Positions 24,268 through 38,459 of a stretch of DNA of 64,000 nt are shown piece by piece (positions within the stretch are counted from its first letter, which is position 1; each line of letters begins with the position of its first letter). The position numbers were made by a program, and so were the translations under genes. This DNA is from Vicugna vicugna (lineage: Eukaryota). The stretch lies in NCBI GenBank assembly GCA_013265495.1, contig MU058636.1:930001-994000 (forward strand), read 5' to 3'. The notes below the pieces were generated by a model. The model made no database searches and was not told where the DNA came from. It saw only the letters and a list, made by a program, of their open reading frames with translations.

Positions 24268-25342
24268 GTATGTGAGACTGTGGCTGGCAGCCAGTAAAAG
24301 ACGCTTAAACCCCAGCCCTCCCTGGACAGCCCAGCAATTTGTGAGCAACGGAACAGGCAGCGGATTCACTGAGCTCTGAAGACTAAGACTTTTTCTTCTG
24401 GGAGCGAGAGCTGAGTGTGGATTGACAGCCCCAGAGGGGCCGCTTTTGGAATCGAAGGTGCGTATGTTCATTCTCCCTGTGTTCACAGTGGATTATTGTT
24501 TTTCCAGAAGGACCTGAAAATGTACCTGAAGTGACCATGGGAACTGCTCAAAGGCACTTGCTTTCTCCAGCTGAGGTCATTCTAGACCTGAGCCCCGCAG
24601 GGCTGGCAGGGCAGGTGGCAGCCCCCTTGAGCCCTGCCTGGTGCTGGGCCATAGATCCTCAGAGATGAGAGAGCCCATCTGCTCGACCAGGGCGGTCTCG
24701 CTGTCATGTGGGTCCCTTGTACTTCCTCTCTGCTGGGATTTACTGTGATGTCTGTTTAATACAACCAGAATCTCAAAAGCAGGGAGCCTTGGGGGAGGAA
24801 GCACCTCAAGCTGGAAATAGCAGCGGAATGCGGTCACATCTCTTGTCGATGGGCAGTCCCTGAGGAAGGCACTCTCCCAGGAGGAGCCCCTCGACAGTCC
24901 TTCAGCACCTCTGACACAGGGCAGGGCCGTCCACGAAGAGCTGTGCAAATGACTGCTCTGTCACTACAGTGCGATGGACTGGGGCTCACAGTCAGGAGCA
25001 GGAAGAGCTGCGGCGATCTGAGCTGCAGGGCTGTGCAGGGTCCCTAGATTTAAGTCCATCGTGCAGTCAACAGCTGCATTCACAGAATCGCAGGCAGGTC
25101 CAGGTCCAGCTCCAAAGCAGCTTTGGCCACAAAATCCAGCGCCCTCCGCCATGTGTTTCATAGGTGAGCATCCCAAACCCCAAGGGTCCAGGTGATTTTT
25201 GTGCGATCACCCAGGCTGTTAGACGCAGAGAGGGGGCTAGTCCAGCCTGTGACCCTCCGTACCACACCACCTCCCAGCACTGCCCCGAGGACACAGCCCT
25301 GCACACCTGGGGCTTAGGCAGCAAGCACTGGTTTTAAGTGTC

Positions 25343-25640
25343 TGTCTTAGTCTATCTGGGCTGCTATAACAAGAAAACCATTTACTGGGTGGCTGAAACC
25401 ACAGACATTTATTTCCCGGAGTCTGGAGGCTGGGGAGACTGAGATCAATGCGCCAGCAGGATTGATGGCCACCTCCTCCCTGCATCCCCACCTTTTGCAA
25501 GGACATCAATCCCAATCACCAGGACTCTCTACCCATGACCTAATCACCTCCCGTAGGTCCCACCTCCTAAAACCATCACCATCTAGTGTCATCACCCTGG
25601 GAGTTAGGATTCAGGAGAAGAGCTTTGCAGGGACAGGACG
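25343..25640 (-). mobile_element. MLT1A/MST-type LTR
   Basis: tgtcttagtctatctgggctgctataaca...catttatttcccggagtctggaggctgg...atgacctaatcacctccc. Confidence 0.82.
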
Positions 25641-27449
25641 ACCAGGCTCAGCACAGGTGCGCGAAGAGCCTCAGCCACGCAGGTGCTCAGCATGAGACCA
25701 CAGGGCGCCTTCCAGGGCTGGCTCCGCCTCCTCCCTGCTTCCTGCCAGTCCTTCTTTTCTCCTGAATCAAAGGCAGAAAAGCAAAGGGCAGGCAGGCTTC
25801 CCACATGGAGACCACGCTGGAATGGGTCTGTAAGTCACCAGGCCGACTGCAGTTTTCTGGTGCCTGCGGGTTCCTGCGTCCAGCCCTCCCCCCCCACCGC
25901 CCACCTCTTTAAGACAGTGACCCCAGCTGACGGGAATTCAGCCATTTTCTCTTGTCAAAATAGATACCTGGGAGGGGGCCGGCGTCAAGGGGCCGAGGAG
26001 GGTTTTTTGTGGGGGGAGGGGGGTCAGACACCCCTAGATGAAGAGGCAGACTGGGCAGGAAGAACAGAGCCAGTGGGTTTCCATTCTTAGACACACAAAC
26101 TGCATGACAGCTGGTCCCCAGCCTCCACGTCCCTGTTTATTTCCACGGCCGGTTAGTGAAGGGTCCCTGGTATTGGGGCCAGGGCGGGTGGGGGTGAGCT
26201 TTCCCGCAGCCCAGTTTTTCTACCATGTGCTTGGGGATGAGGCGGGAGGGAATGAGCGCCCACTCCTCAGCCTCGTGGCAGATCTGGGAGGAGTGCTGCG
26301 AGCAGGGGAAAGGTGATGTGGTGTCAGGTCCCGTATCTGGAGGCAAAACTCCAGCACCCACAGCCATCTGGTCCTGTCCTCCATCGATTACCCTGATGCT
26401 CATTAAAACGGGCTTTCGGTAATAAAGAGGGGGAAGGCGAAACAGGGAGCCGGGCCCCCAGGATTATCACTCCCACCTGCTCTGCAACTTGACGTGAAAT
26501 ACAGATGTGGACCTCAGATCGTCCACGTTCACCCTCACTCCACCTACTAGCCAGACAGCCTCCTCCAACTGGGAGCCCAAACGCGTGGTTCTCACACTTG
26601 CTGAGTTCTGCCTCATCGTTCACCTCCCTAAGAATATTTGCTTTAAAATTTTTTTTTGAAAATAATAATGGCTGTTTTAGGGTGTACTTAGGAAAGGATA
26701 ACTTGATTTTCTCGTGAAGCAGTTTAGTCTGTTTGGTCCCTGGTAAAAAAAATTCAGTCTCTTCCTCAATCCAGTGTGTGAGTAAGTCTGCCTCAGAGAA
26801 TTTGCCAAAGTAAATCATCCTAAATCCTGGAAAACCTGCATTCACGACTCTGCTTATTATTGCAGTATTTATTAGCATGAAGGAACCGTGAACACTTTAA
26901 ATACATAATGATAGGGTCATGGTTATGTAAACCCTGTAAATCCCCCATAAGGAATATTATTCAGCCATTGCAAATGATGAGAAGATGCTAAATTCATGGG
27001 GGAATAATTAGGAAATAAAGTTAAAATAACATTCATGAACTTGATGGAGACATGGAAGAAACCCGCCACCCAGTTTGCTGAAACATTAACAGCAGTGGCA
27101 TTAGAGTGGCAAGATCATGGGTGGCCTCTTTCTTTTCTAAATTTTCAGTTACATAATGACTTCAAGGTGGAGTGCTACTTGGAAATTGATTCCCTGTAAA
27201 CAGCTTTCTGACTTGTGTTATCATATGGCTCATCCTCAGGCTTCCCTGGGCCAGCTCATCAGAATATCAGTTACATTTTTTAGGAGTACATGAAATTAAA
27301 GGATTTCTTTTCGAGTAAAATAGTTTCTCATATGCACCATAGTTTGGGAAATCTTGTCAGCAAATGGTGAACACATGCCTTTCCAAATGACTTTTCTGGT
27401 ATGTGAATGTAACTCTCCCAAAAGGCATAAAAATCAGTTCACACGTTGA

Positions 27450-27670
27450 TACCCAGGGTTCACCGTGGTGCTGTGCATTCTGTGGGTCTGGACACGTGTG
27501 TAATGGCACGTACTCTTCACTATGGTATCGTGCAGAACATGTCCACTGCCTTAACGACCCCCGTGTTCTGCCTGGCCATCTCCCTCCTCCCCCAGATCCT
27601 AGCAACCACTGACCTTTTTGCTTCTGCATAGTTTTCCATTTTTCCAGAATGTCATGTACTTGGAATCATT
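27450..27670 (-). mobile_element. Old L1 (L1MC-like) fragment
   Basis: agggttcaccgtggtgctgtgcattctgtgggtctggac...ttttccagaatgtcatgtacttggaatcat. Confidence 0.75.
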
Positions 27671-28058
27671 ATTAATATTTAAAAAATAATTTTTATTCCT
27701 TACTATCATCTTGGCAGGCTTTGGGAGAAAAAGAAGATTAAAAGTTGGTGTTTAATCTGTCACGTTTAAATGAAAGGTAAGTGAGCCCTATTTTTCTACT
27801 AACTTTTAATGTTGAAGATGGATTCCCTAGGATGAAAAAATTCTGTAGGTTGAATTCAAAACCTGTGGGAGCGGGTTCGACGTGGACAGACCAGGGCCTC
27901 TGACGCTGTCAGCGCTGGGGGCCCTGGCAGTGGCCCGGGAGGCGTGCGGGGTCCACCCTCAGTGCGCTGCTGGCGCAGGGCGCCTGATCACAGCCTCCAG
28001 TGGGTACAGGTCAGGCCACGGTATCACATCCCCCCACCCACGTTCTCCCCAAAGACCC

Positions 28059-28490
28059 CGTTATGGGTTGAACTGTGTCCCCCAAAAAAGAGACTTTGAA
28101 GTCCTGACCCCCAGTACCTCAGAATGTGACCTTGTTTGGAGACACGGCCTTGACGGAGGTGATCGAGGTGAAAGGAGGCCATGAGGGTGGCCGCTAATCC
28201 AACCTGACTGCATCCTCCTGAAAACGGGAAATCTGGACACAGACACACACGGAGGGAACGAGGTGAAGACACGTTGGGGGGACGGGCACCCAGCAGCCAA
28301 GGAGCCCAAGACGGCCAGGAGCCCGGGGGTGGCTGGGACAGACCCGGCCACACAGGCTTCGGCGGCGTGGGGCCCGGCTGGCACCTGGGCCTTAGGCTTC
28401 GAGCCTCCAGAACGTGAGCTGGCACATTTCTGTTGTTCCGAGCCACCCAGTTGGTGGCACTTCCTCACATCAGCCCTGGGAATCTCAAGA
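28059..28490 (+). mobile_element. MLT1B/C LTR
   Basis: gttatgggttgaactgtgtccccc...cccagtacctcagaatgtgaccttgtttgga...atttctgttgttccgagccacccagt. Confidence 0.9.
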
Positions 28491-28614
28491 AACCCCTGCG
28501 GTTAGAAATTCCACACGACGAATTTCCTAAAATGAAGTTTGTTGGTTTCTGGTTCGATGACCCGATTAAGGAGGTTTTTGTTTTGTTTTGTTTTGTTTAA
28601 ATGACATTAGATTT

Positions 28615-28781
28615 TCTTTAAATTGAAGTCTAGCTGATTTACTATATTGTGTTAGTTCCAAGTGTACAGCAAAGTGATTCAGTCACACAGATACCTATTC
28701 TTTTTCAGATTCTTTTCCCTTATAAATTATCACAAGACCTGGACTATAGGTTCTGGGCTGTACAGTAGGACTTTATTGTTT
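28615..28781 (-). mobile_element. L1 3' end
   Basis: attgaagtctagctgatttactatattgtgttag...gtacagcaaagtgattcag...gctgtacagtaggac. Confidence 0.85.
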
Positions 28782-30842
28782 GATGCCACTGAATAAAATA
28801 GAAACATTGAACTGAACACCAGCGCCCCCACCGGTCTAAAGCAGAGTGTCTTCCTTCTTTGAAAAAAGAGGGGGAAAGAAATGACAGGCAGTTAAACACC
28901 AAGGCGCGTTTTCTCCTGGGCTTTGAGCATGAAGACAGGCAGCCTAACCGGCTCTGGCCTGTCTTGGGGGGGATTTGATATTCTTTAAAAAAAAAATAGG
29001 TAGCAAGGAAAAGCGTCACGTATTAAAATGCGTCTCCCTCAGCCTCTAGTTTTCACGGCGCCGTCACAGGCCCCCCGCTTCCTGAGGGTCCCCCGGCCCA
29101 CCCATCCCCTCTCCAGGGCCAGCTGGAGCCTGGGCTTGGCTTCCCCTCTGCTCCTCTCTGCCAGCATCTCCTCCATTTCCTCATCATTTTTAGGACTTTC
29201 CCCTTTCACGATCTCTCCGCCTCCTGAGGAAGATTGGAGGGGGAAAATGCACTGGCCCGTCTTAGCCACGCTGTCCCTAAGCCCTGTCTCAGTCTCTGCC
29301 GCTGTGGCTGGAGGGAACCAGGCGCTCTTCCACCCCCATGTCCACCCAGCAGTGGGCAAATCTCACCTGTGAGGCTCGCTCCCAGCACTCCACGCTGATG
29401 CAGGAATGGCCGCAGCCCAGCGTGGTCCACATCATCAGCATCCCGTCGCCCCCACTTCACAATTCCAGGCATTCATTCCAAACCGTCTCCGGGGCTTTAG
29501 TGGAGCATGACCCTGAAATACGAGGAGGAGGGGAATATTCTGAAACTTCAGTAGCTGTTCGCATCTTCTCTGTTAAAAACTCTAGGCCATAAAATTGCCT
29601 CATTTGGGTAGCTTTTAAATGCCAAGTTCTTCTGTGCCCTGATAGATTTCAGGCCACCGCTCCGCATACACAATTGAATTGTCCTCTGATGAAACACAGG
29701 AACGATTTTATGACCAGATTTATTGATAACAAAAGACCACCAAAGACATCTCCATTTTGCCTCAGCTTAATTGCCGAAGCTTCTGGTGAGAGGGTCTGCC
29801 TGCTGTGCTGAGGCCTTTGACCTGAACGGCAAGACTGAGGGCCTGGGGGTAAATTCAAAATTCTTCTTTGGTTCTTTCACTGGAGGTGCTAACACTTCAA
29901 AACCTGGCATCCTTTGTAAAGATTTGGGTTAAAGAGAAGGTGATATATGAGGAAGAGTCAGAGTAACAATACCATCATCACAAATTACAGACCTCTTGGA
30001 ACTGTGTTTGATGTGAAGTGATAGTCTGTCTCCAGCTTCCTTTTTGCAGCTGTGTTGTTTGCTACTTAACTATGCAACCTCACATCACAGAGAAGATGGG
30101 GGGATCCCGGTCCGGGGCATAGGCTACACACATCTTTGCAAATCTCTTGGATTGAACATAACATCATATTCCTACCAGTTATTACACAGGTTGATTCTAA
30201 CCACCATCCTGGCTTGGATAGTTCCAAAAGTGGTACATTCATATATAAGAAAAACCTGGAAACTCTGGAAAAACTTGAAAGCTGAAATAAAATGGCAGTG
30301 ATCTGGAAACTGAAATCAAGGTTTTAACCCAAAAAAGAAAAATCAACATCATTGTTAATTTCCCTTCAGACTTTTCCCAGAATCTGGCAAAGGAAAGTGG
30401 CAGACAGTTCAGCCAGATTGCAGCTGAGCAGAAAATCTTATTTAGACTATATTATTGCAACCAACTAGCACTATTTGGAAATCAGACATAAGGAATGCCA
30501 AGGCGTCAGGGAGGAGGGAAGGCCCTGGCGATCTCACAGTGCACGCCCCGGACCCTGGCTGCTGAGGTGCCCGGGGGCAGAGCTGACGTGGTGGCGGTGG
30601 AGGTCTAGTGCCACTTCTGTCACCCACCAGGACCTCTGGAAAAGCTTCTTAATTTTGGAAGCTTCAGTTCCCTCATCTGTAAAGAGGGTTCAAAGAGACG
30701 ATCTCCAAGATTCCTTCCAGTTCAAAACATAGTTCTGATTCTAGGCCACTTTTTGAGTCATTAGCCTGGTAGGAAGTCTTCAAGGAAGAAATGGAATGTG
30801 AGCAGTGCCATGAACATTTCCTTCAAGAGCTCTGGGCTAGGC

Positions 30843-30971
30843 GGGGAGGGTAGAGCGCAGTGGTAAAGCACATAGTTAGCAAGCACGAGGTTCTGGGTCC
30901 AATCCCCAGCACTGCCCTTAAACAAATACATAAACAAACAAACCTAATCACCTCCCCCCACAAAAAAAAAA
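30843..30971 (+). mobile_element. tRNA-Ala-derived SINE (Vic-1-like)
   Basis: Head plus aaacctaatcacctcccccc and poly-A. Confidence 0.9.
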
Positions 30972-32949
30972 GGTGTGGTGACAACAGGCATCTTTGTCAC
31001 TGGGTCACCTTTGCAGCCACATCACACACGTCGCATCATCGTGACGAAGGCTGGGTGGCTGGTCACAGCCAGTTCAGAGATGGAGAAACCAAAGCTCGGA
31101 AAGCTTCAGTGATTTTTCCCAGTCTTGTGGCAATAAACTCAGGGTTTGAGTGTTCAGAGTCTGTAACTCCAAATTCTGCGTTCTTTACAACACCAAGTTT
31201 TCTTCCTAAAATCATCCCCCAGACCCCCTAATATGAGGAAAGAGGGCCGGCCTTTTCCCCCTGCTGAGTGCTGTGCTCGGCCAGCCAAGGGCGCGGTTTT
31301 CCAACTAAAGTCAAACGTCTCCCAGTCTTCAGTTTACACTTTGGTATTTGGCAAGTTCAAGGTTGCCTGGAAACAGGCAGCAGAAGAAATGAAAAACCAA
31401 TATCACGTCTTTTTTTTTTTCAATCCGAACATGTAATTGAATTTGTGACTCAGATGGGAATTCTGATTTTCAAAGTCCATTTTTGTATGGCCTTGGGAAA
31501 GGTGGCTTCCCTCTCCTTTAATAAAACTTGTTTGAAATGACGTTGTAGGTTCACAGGCACCTCCGAACCGTCACTCGCAGCAGTGAAGCCGGCTAGTAAC
31601 CAGACAAGGCCAGGTCACTGGGGGAGGGGTGTATCGTCATCACACAACCCTGGAAGCACGAGGGAAAGGGCGGGGCAGGGGAGGCCGGCCCTTGGAACTC
31701 CCGCCCAGCCAGGTGTTCAGGAGCATCCCTGTGGGCCGCCCCTGCCAGGCCGGCGCCTGAGGCTCAGCGTCTCCTGCCCAGCCCTGCCTCCCGGAGCCAC
31801 CTTCCAGAGTCAGAATTGGCTGGGCTATAACTTCTTGCCTTCCACCTCCTTAATCCTTGGCCAGCGATGGCTCACTCCAAGCTACCACCCGCTTTGGCCC
31901 TTGGCCCCTGGATGACACTGTTTTCCAGCCACTGGGATCAATCTGGGGTGACCTTGGGGTGACGGCGGGAATGGCTCTGGGGTAAATCAGGGAGAGGCCT
32001 TTGCTGTTTCCTGTGCGTGGTTTTGAGCCCTGATCACCGCCCCCACAGCTCTGCATGCGGCCTTTCAGTTTCCCGTTAACTCGGGGAGGGAACACTTACC
32101 CTCCCTGTGAACAGCAGCAAGGCCTCCTTTGCCCTTGTCTGCACTCAGGCAGCACCAGATCGGACGTGAAATGGGAAGGCGGTGGAGACCCCCACCTGGG
32201 GCTGTTAACTTCCACAAACACCCCGAGTCTCCAGACAAATTCCGGACATCACCAGAGAATTTCTCTCAATGAAGAGATGGAATCCTGGATTTATTAGGAA
32301 GTGTCCACCTCCTCACGGGGTGGAAGGCACCTTCTTCTTGCCATAAAATATGCCACTTCAGAAGAAAGCCGATGCTTTTTTCTGTGATGACATTTGTCAG
32401 GAACAGATAAGCCTCAGAAGAGGCGCCCCTTCCCTGCCAGAGTTAGGGTGATTTCTGTCTTTTCTGTCTACGGTAGATCGATTCAAATCTCTCACACATT
32501 CTGAGAGCAGCAGTGGAGGACAATTCTTCTGAAGACAGATTTTTCAAATGGCATTTTAAACCCTCAAGGCCAACTTCCAAGGCTGACTGGACACCCCCCC
32601 CCATGGGTTACGGCCGGGACAGCATTCTTTTGGAAGAATGCGTTAAAATAAATAAAATAAAGCATGATTATTCTCCATCCTGACCCCTTGAAGCTTATGA
32701 GACAGGCCCATTTATAGAGCCTTATGGCAAAGAGAAATTTGAGTAAACACATTTGTATTTCAATAAGATTTAACAGCCTCATAAGATGCAGTGATGAGCA
32801 TGTTGATGGCTGTAGGTGGCTTGTTTAGCACTGGCTTTGTAGTTGACCAGCCGCTAGCTGCAGGTGACTTGCGTTCCACCAGCAGAGGTTTTTAGGCAGG
32901 CAATCTTTTCAATAGTCTCTTCTGTCTGTTTTCCTTTTTGGCAACATTT

Positions 32950-33065
32950 CTCTCTTTTTTTTTTTTTCAGTTGAAGTGCAGTCAGCTTACACTGTTGTGC
33001 CAGTTTCTGGTGTACAGCATCATGTCAGACATCCGTATACACACACATATATGTGTTTCCATATT
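32950..33065 (-). mobile_element. Short L1 3' end
   Basis: poly-T followed by ttgaagtgcagtcagcttacactgttgtgccagtttctggtgtacagcat. Confidence 0.75.
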
Positions 33066-36000
33066 CTTGGCAATATGTCTGATTCGTTGTCACCCCCTCA
33101 GATTGGCTTTATTTTGCAGAATTTCTTTGGCATGAATCTAGCCGTTCAGCGTATTGAAGGACTTCTTGTTGTTTTTAAAATACTTTCTTGTTTATTTACG
33201 CAAGTCTCTTGTCCAGGCGTGAAGGAAGAAACAAGAGTGCTTTCCCCACTTAATTCCCATCTCTGCTGGGAACGGCAGATGCTGAGAGCGGCTTTGCTGT
33301 GTGGAAGGCATTCATCCAGAGCGGTTAGAGTTAAGTTAAAGCAACAGGAGCTGTTTTTCAGCTGCAGGGATGAATCAGGGGAGGGAGAAGTAGGCAGATT
33401 TTCCTCTTCTCCATGCACCCCATCCCCTATCTGCTCTTTCTGCCTCATTTCTCGGCCTGTCCTCTCTACCCTGGACCAAAGCTTTGGGGTCGGAAGTGGG
33501 AGGAGAGGGTTGGGAAAGGATGAGGACAGGAGGTGAGGTTCCCGAGCGAATTCTCTCCTGCCTGGACCAGAGGTGCTGAAACATGGGGACCACTGGGGAG
33601 TAAAGGGACACCTCGCTCAGAGCCTCCCTCAGTCATGTGACCGTCATCTTCACTCTGGCCCCAGCCCCAGCAGCCCGCAGCCTCCCGAGCAGTCCTTTTC
33701 TGAAAGTAGTTCTCCCCGGAGGGGGATGGCAGATCTAGGTTCCAATTAAGGTCGCCTCTGATTGCAGCAGACAAGCCCCTGCTGTGTAGAAAACAGGCTG
33801 AGAAATCCCAGATTAAGGCGGTCGTGGAGGGAAGCGCAGATCAGGACAGGGCTTACAGAAGCCCTCTTCCTGCGGGAATATAGGAGACAGGAGCTCCAGA
33901 GGTCATCAAATAAGAATTCAATGACACCACCCCTTCCTAACCAGGAGTTAAGATACAGCATAGGGCAAATGGTGGCTTCCAAACGTCAGCTTTATCTGGC
34001 AAATGCTCGATATTGAACGACTAGGGGCCACGGAGATGAGGGTGGGGCTCCCCTTAAACCAGCCCTGTTAAATGGTTCTACCATGCAAGGGACAAAGGAA
34101 AATGAGGCCAGTGTTCCTCCGACTGAGGAGGGAGGGCTGGGGTTTCCTTTTCCATCTGTGGCACAGGCAGCGTCTGGAACAATCTGAGGGCTTCCCCCAG
34201 GGGCCACGCTGCCGGCCCGAGTTAGGGCATGGCACTCGCAGTTTGAGTAAGAACTTTACGCGTGACAGTATTCTGGCTAATGTAAGGGAGGCAAGTCGGG
34301 CTGGCGACCAGAGAAGTCATCCAGTAACTGCTGGATTAAATGAATGAATATGTGAATGGATGGTCGCTTAAATGAATGAATGCCGTATTGCCAGCAGCCA
34401 GGTCCCTGTGCCACTGGGGCTTAACATCCAACAGAGGAGCCAGGACAAACATGCAGAAAACACAACACTCACAACTGCCTCCCAACCCCAGTCCACCTCC
34501 GGGGAGGGTGCCAGCTTCTACACCGAGTCACCGAGGGCTTGGCCACGCGTGGGGGCTTCCTTCTTGTTGGTGGAAACCCAGAAGCCCAGCAAGGCTGACT
34601 GGCTTCTCGGGAACACAGCCATCCATGAATAAACACTGTTGATGTAACTGCATTCACAGGGATAAATATGTCCATATTAGGTTTTACTTTTAGTAACTTT
34701 TAATTTGAAATCATGCAATTTCAGATATACAGGAAAGTTGCAAGGATGAGAACAGTGCACAGAGTGCCTGTCATCTCCCAGGTTCCCTCTTGGGAATATG
34801 TGGCTCCGTTTGCTTTGTGATTTGCACATTCTCTAGTACACGTATATATTACATTATATTGTATCATATATATTATGGGAACAAAGATCATCTTTTCTGA
34901 AGTATTTGAGAGTCAGTTACACATATTTGGCCCTTCGACGTCTAAGTCTAAATACTTCAGCATGTATTTGCCATGAACGAGGCCAGATTCAGCCTCTCCG
35001 CATGGCCTCTCCTCCGTGTGGCTGATTTGGGCTTCCACACAGCGTGGCCGACTCTGGGAAGTGGTGCTACTGTTGTGGCTTTTAAGAGGGAGACCTTCAC
35101 TCAGCAGAGGCAGAAGGTGCAGAGCTCCTGAGGGCCGGCTCAGAAGTCACGTGGTTTCCCTGCCACTCATTCTATTGGTCCAGACAAGTCACAGGGCCTG
35201 ATGGATTCAAGGGCAGGAGAACGCAACTCCCGCTTTCTCTGTCCAACAAAACTCTCATCACTGGATTTCTCTGTCATTTGGTGCCTGCACTTTTGAGTAA
35301 AAATCCTGCCTTGAATGGTCAGTTGGCTTTTCTGGGCCATAATGTATGCATAAAATAAACTGGAAACATAGCTTTCTCTATATCTGCTGACAGAGTAAGG
35401 ATGTCAGATTGAAAATGCCACAGGAGAGACGTGGAGAGCAGGAGAATGTGTGGTTTTGGAAGGAGCGGTGGACATGGCTGAAAGGATGCTCTGTCCACTT
35501 CACCATCCCGGCTTCCCCCAGCCCTGGTCCACTGTGACTATGCTTAGGAGTCCATACAATGATCTTGGCCAACAAATAGGCCAGAGGTTAGCAAGTACTC
35601 AGGGTCCCTAATGCAGCTCTGTTCAGAGTTAACAAGAAGGATCAATATTTCATTTAAACTAAAGCACAGAGGGTTCAACATTTTTCCCTCAGGTACCAGC
35701 ACGACCCCCACCCCTGTGGGAACCACAACCAAACCAGAACCAGTGCTGGTAGCATCTGTCTCTTGGGCCTATGTGCTCAACTTCAGTTTTGGCCCTCAAG
35801 ATTTTTGTTTTGATGTTTTAAAGATTGCCTTGCGAGTCTATAGGCTCTGATTTTTGCGATGGTTCTGAATGAATTCTGACAAATTAGTATATCTCTCTGG
35901 ATCTTTACAGAGACAGAAGAAGATACAAGGCATCTGTCTCCCATGAGAGTCACAAATTCAGCAGAACTGTCAGGCTGGGAAGGCAGGAAGTGAGGCATTC

Positions 36001-36348
36001 CTGCCAGCAGCTCTGTGGAACAGCCAGCACATGCTGAAAGACGCAGGCTCTTCAACCAGGCAGACAGAACACGGCTGAAAGGCATGCGTGAACCTCCCCC
36101 TTGGACCCCTGGACAGCAATTCACGTCTATAACAGACTCGCCATCACCTTGGTTGGAAAGCAACGTCTCACTCATCTGGTGGGCGCTGAGGTGGCCATCT
36201 CGATATCTGTAGAGTGAATGGCTGGGCAGAAGAGACCTCTTCTCATTTGGCTTCCTGAGAAACTGGAGCTGCTGGTACTGTTGGAGGCTCAAAGGAGAGA
36301 AACAAGTTCTATGAAAAACATATTCAGGAGCACAGCTTCATCCCATAA

Positions 36349-36606
36349 AATGTGAGCAATATAGATGACACAGTGTCACCAGAGCGAAATGACGGCTTCC
36401 CATTAGTTCCAGAGGACATCTGTCAGATTCCAGATGTAAGTTCTGTTACTCTTTGCCTTGCTATTGTGCTGTAACAGAATGTGAGCAATATAGATGACAC
36501 AGTGTCACCAGAGCGAAATGACGGCTTCCCATTAGTTCCAGAGGACATCTGTCAGATTCCAGATGTAAGTTCTGTTACTCTTTGCCTTGCTATTGTGCTG
36601 TAACAG
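36349..36606 (+). repeat. Perfect tandem duplication, 2 x 129 bp
   Basis: 36349-36477 is identical to 36478-36606 by direct comparison. Confidence 0.97.
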
Positions 36607-38459
36607 ACCTGCCTCTCCCCCCAGCCACCCCTGCCCACCACGCATGTACCTACCTCACGGATCTTCTGCCAAGAATGCCTCTCCCCACTTCACTCTCATA
36701 ACTCTTATGCATCGCATAAGACTTTGCCTGGATTCCATCTCCTCTAGGAATTCATCTCCCTTGACTGATTCAGACCAGATCAAACACTCCTTCTATATGC
36801 TGAATTCACACCCTGCGAGTATGGCGATCTTATCATTCACCACGGGACATCACAGTTACCCATTCCTGTCTCTTCCATTTTAAAAAACCACAATGCCTGG
36901 TGAATAAGTCACGTAAAGCAGGAGAGCTGTTACCATTTTAAATGCAACAGCAGTGAACCATGGGAAGGGGGGTTGGATATTACACGAGTCAGTATGAGTT
37001 ACTTATAAACAAGATTTTTCCTCTTCAGTTTCACTTCTGCTGCTGCTGCTTTGTTTCTAACACAACCTGTTTTCAAACTGCTGATCTCAAAGAGGGGTGA
37101 GAAAGTATAGGAGAAAGAGAAGAGAATAAAAGTTAAAGAGAGCAAGGGAATACATACTTAGACACACACACATGGAGTATAAGGGCTTTACATGCTTAGA
37201 GAGCCACATTCCATCACTAATTCCCTTAGTGCTTTGAAGTGTACAGAGACCCGAGTCTCTAAAAGTAGGGATACAAAGCACACCTCTTTCAACAAGGGGC
37301 TGAATGCATTAACTAATGCTCACAGAGTGCTTGAAGGATGAAAATTCACACGCAAATCCTGATCAGCATTAGATATGCTCTGTATAATAAGCCTTAGATA
37401 TGAAATGTGTGCAACAAATCGAGTTACATGGCTCAAAAGTAGAAGAACACGTGCAGACGACATGTTCTGCATCCACATTGATCATATAATCAAAGCCTCC
37501 GAAACCCTTGTTCCACACTGAACTGCCAATAATATGAGCTTAATTCTCCGTGTGCATTCTGATGTGATTGTTGGCACAGGACTATGTGATGTATCTTTTA
37601 AAGCACTTCTATAAAGTTTCCCCTTTTTGTGTTAAAAAGACCTCATTCTGCTGTTTTTTCCAGTGAAAGAAAAAGTTGACAGCACTCAGAAAATTCACAT
37701 ATTTTCATGTTATGAGATTTGAAACGCTGGGGTTTGCCATTATGCACCTACAGTGGAGGTAACAACTGGGCTATTATCATGATAATGACTTCTGTCACTT
37801 TTTTTTCAGTTTGGATGAAGGTCCTTTATAAGAAAGAGCTACTTTTCACTTCTCTGAAACAGAGAGCTCCTTACAGGTGATAACACTGCTACTTAATGGT
37901 AATTTCTTATTTGATATCTGTCTTTTACCTCAGATGGTGACTTCATGAAGCCAGGAGGTGTGCCTGCCTTTTCACATGGTGCTTGGCACACAGCAGGTGC
38001 TCAGCAAACATCCCACACAGAGTGGAGGAGGCAGGTGGGGAGAAAGAACAGATATTAGTGATATTAACACTATCTATGAGAGAGGGAGAGACTGATGGAG
38101 AGCACACTGTCCGGAAGGCTACAGAAGAGGTTTTAAACAGAAGGTCCCAGTCTGCTAAGGTTGATAAATCTAGGTTCAAACCACTCAGTGATGTACATAT
38201 GTGTTTGCTGATACTTAAACCTATGGCCTGAGAGAGAAAAGAAGATAGTGTGGCTATCATTGAAACTCCTTGCCCTAAAGGATGAGTGTATGACTTGGAG
38301 TAATTCAGGTAGAGTTCTGGGCTCTCTGGAATCCAGCCTCACTCATTTTGGGGTGCCAGCCACATGTTGGATGGTGTCTTGCACTTACTTGTTCCTCAGT
38401 GTGGTATGTGGGTCGCACTGATTTGGGTCCAGGTAATTGTTTATGGAGGCCTTCTGCTT

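Noticed and set aside
35783..36292. 169-aa minus-strand ORF
   Set aside because: No ATG start and no recognisable homology; it lies antisense to a plus-strand segment with better splice signals.
37664..37960. Three closely spaced plus-strand mini-exons
   Set aside because: Implied introns of 51 and 57 nt are below the normal mammalian size and the frames do not join cleanly.
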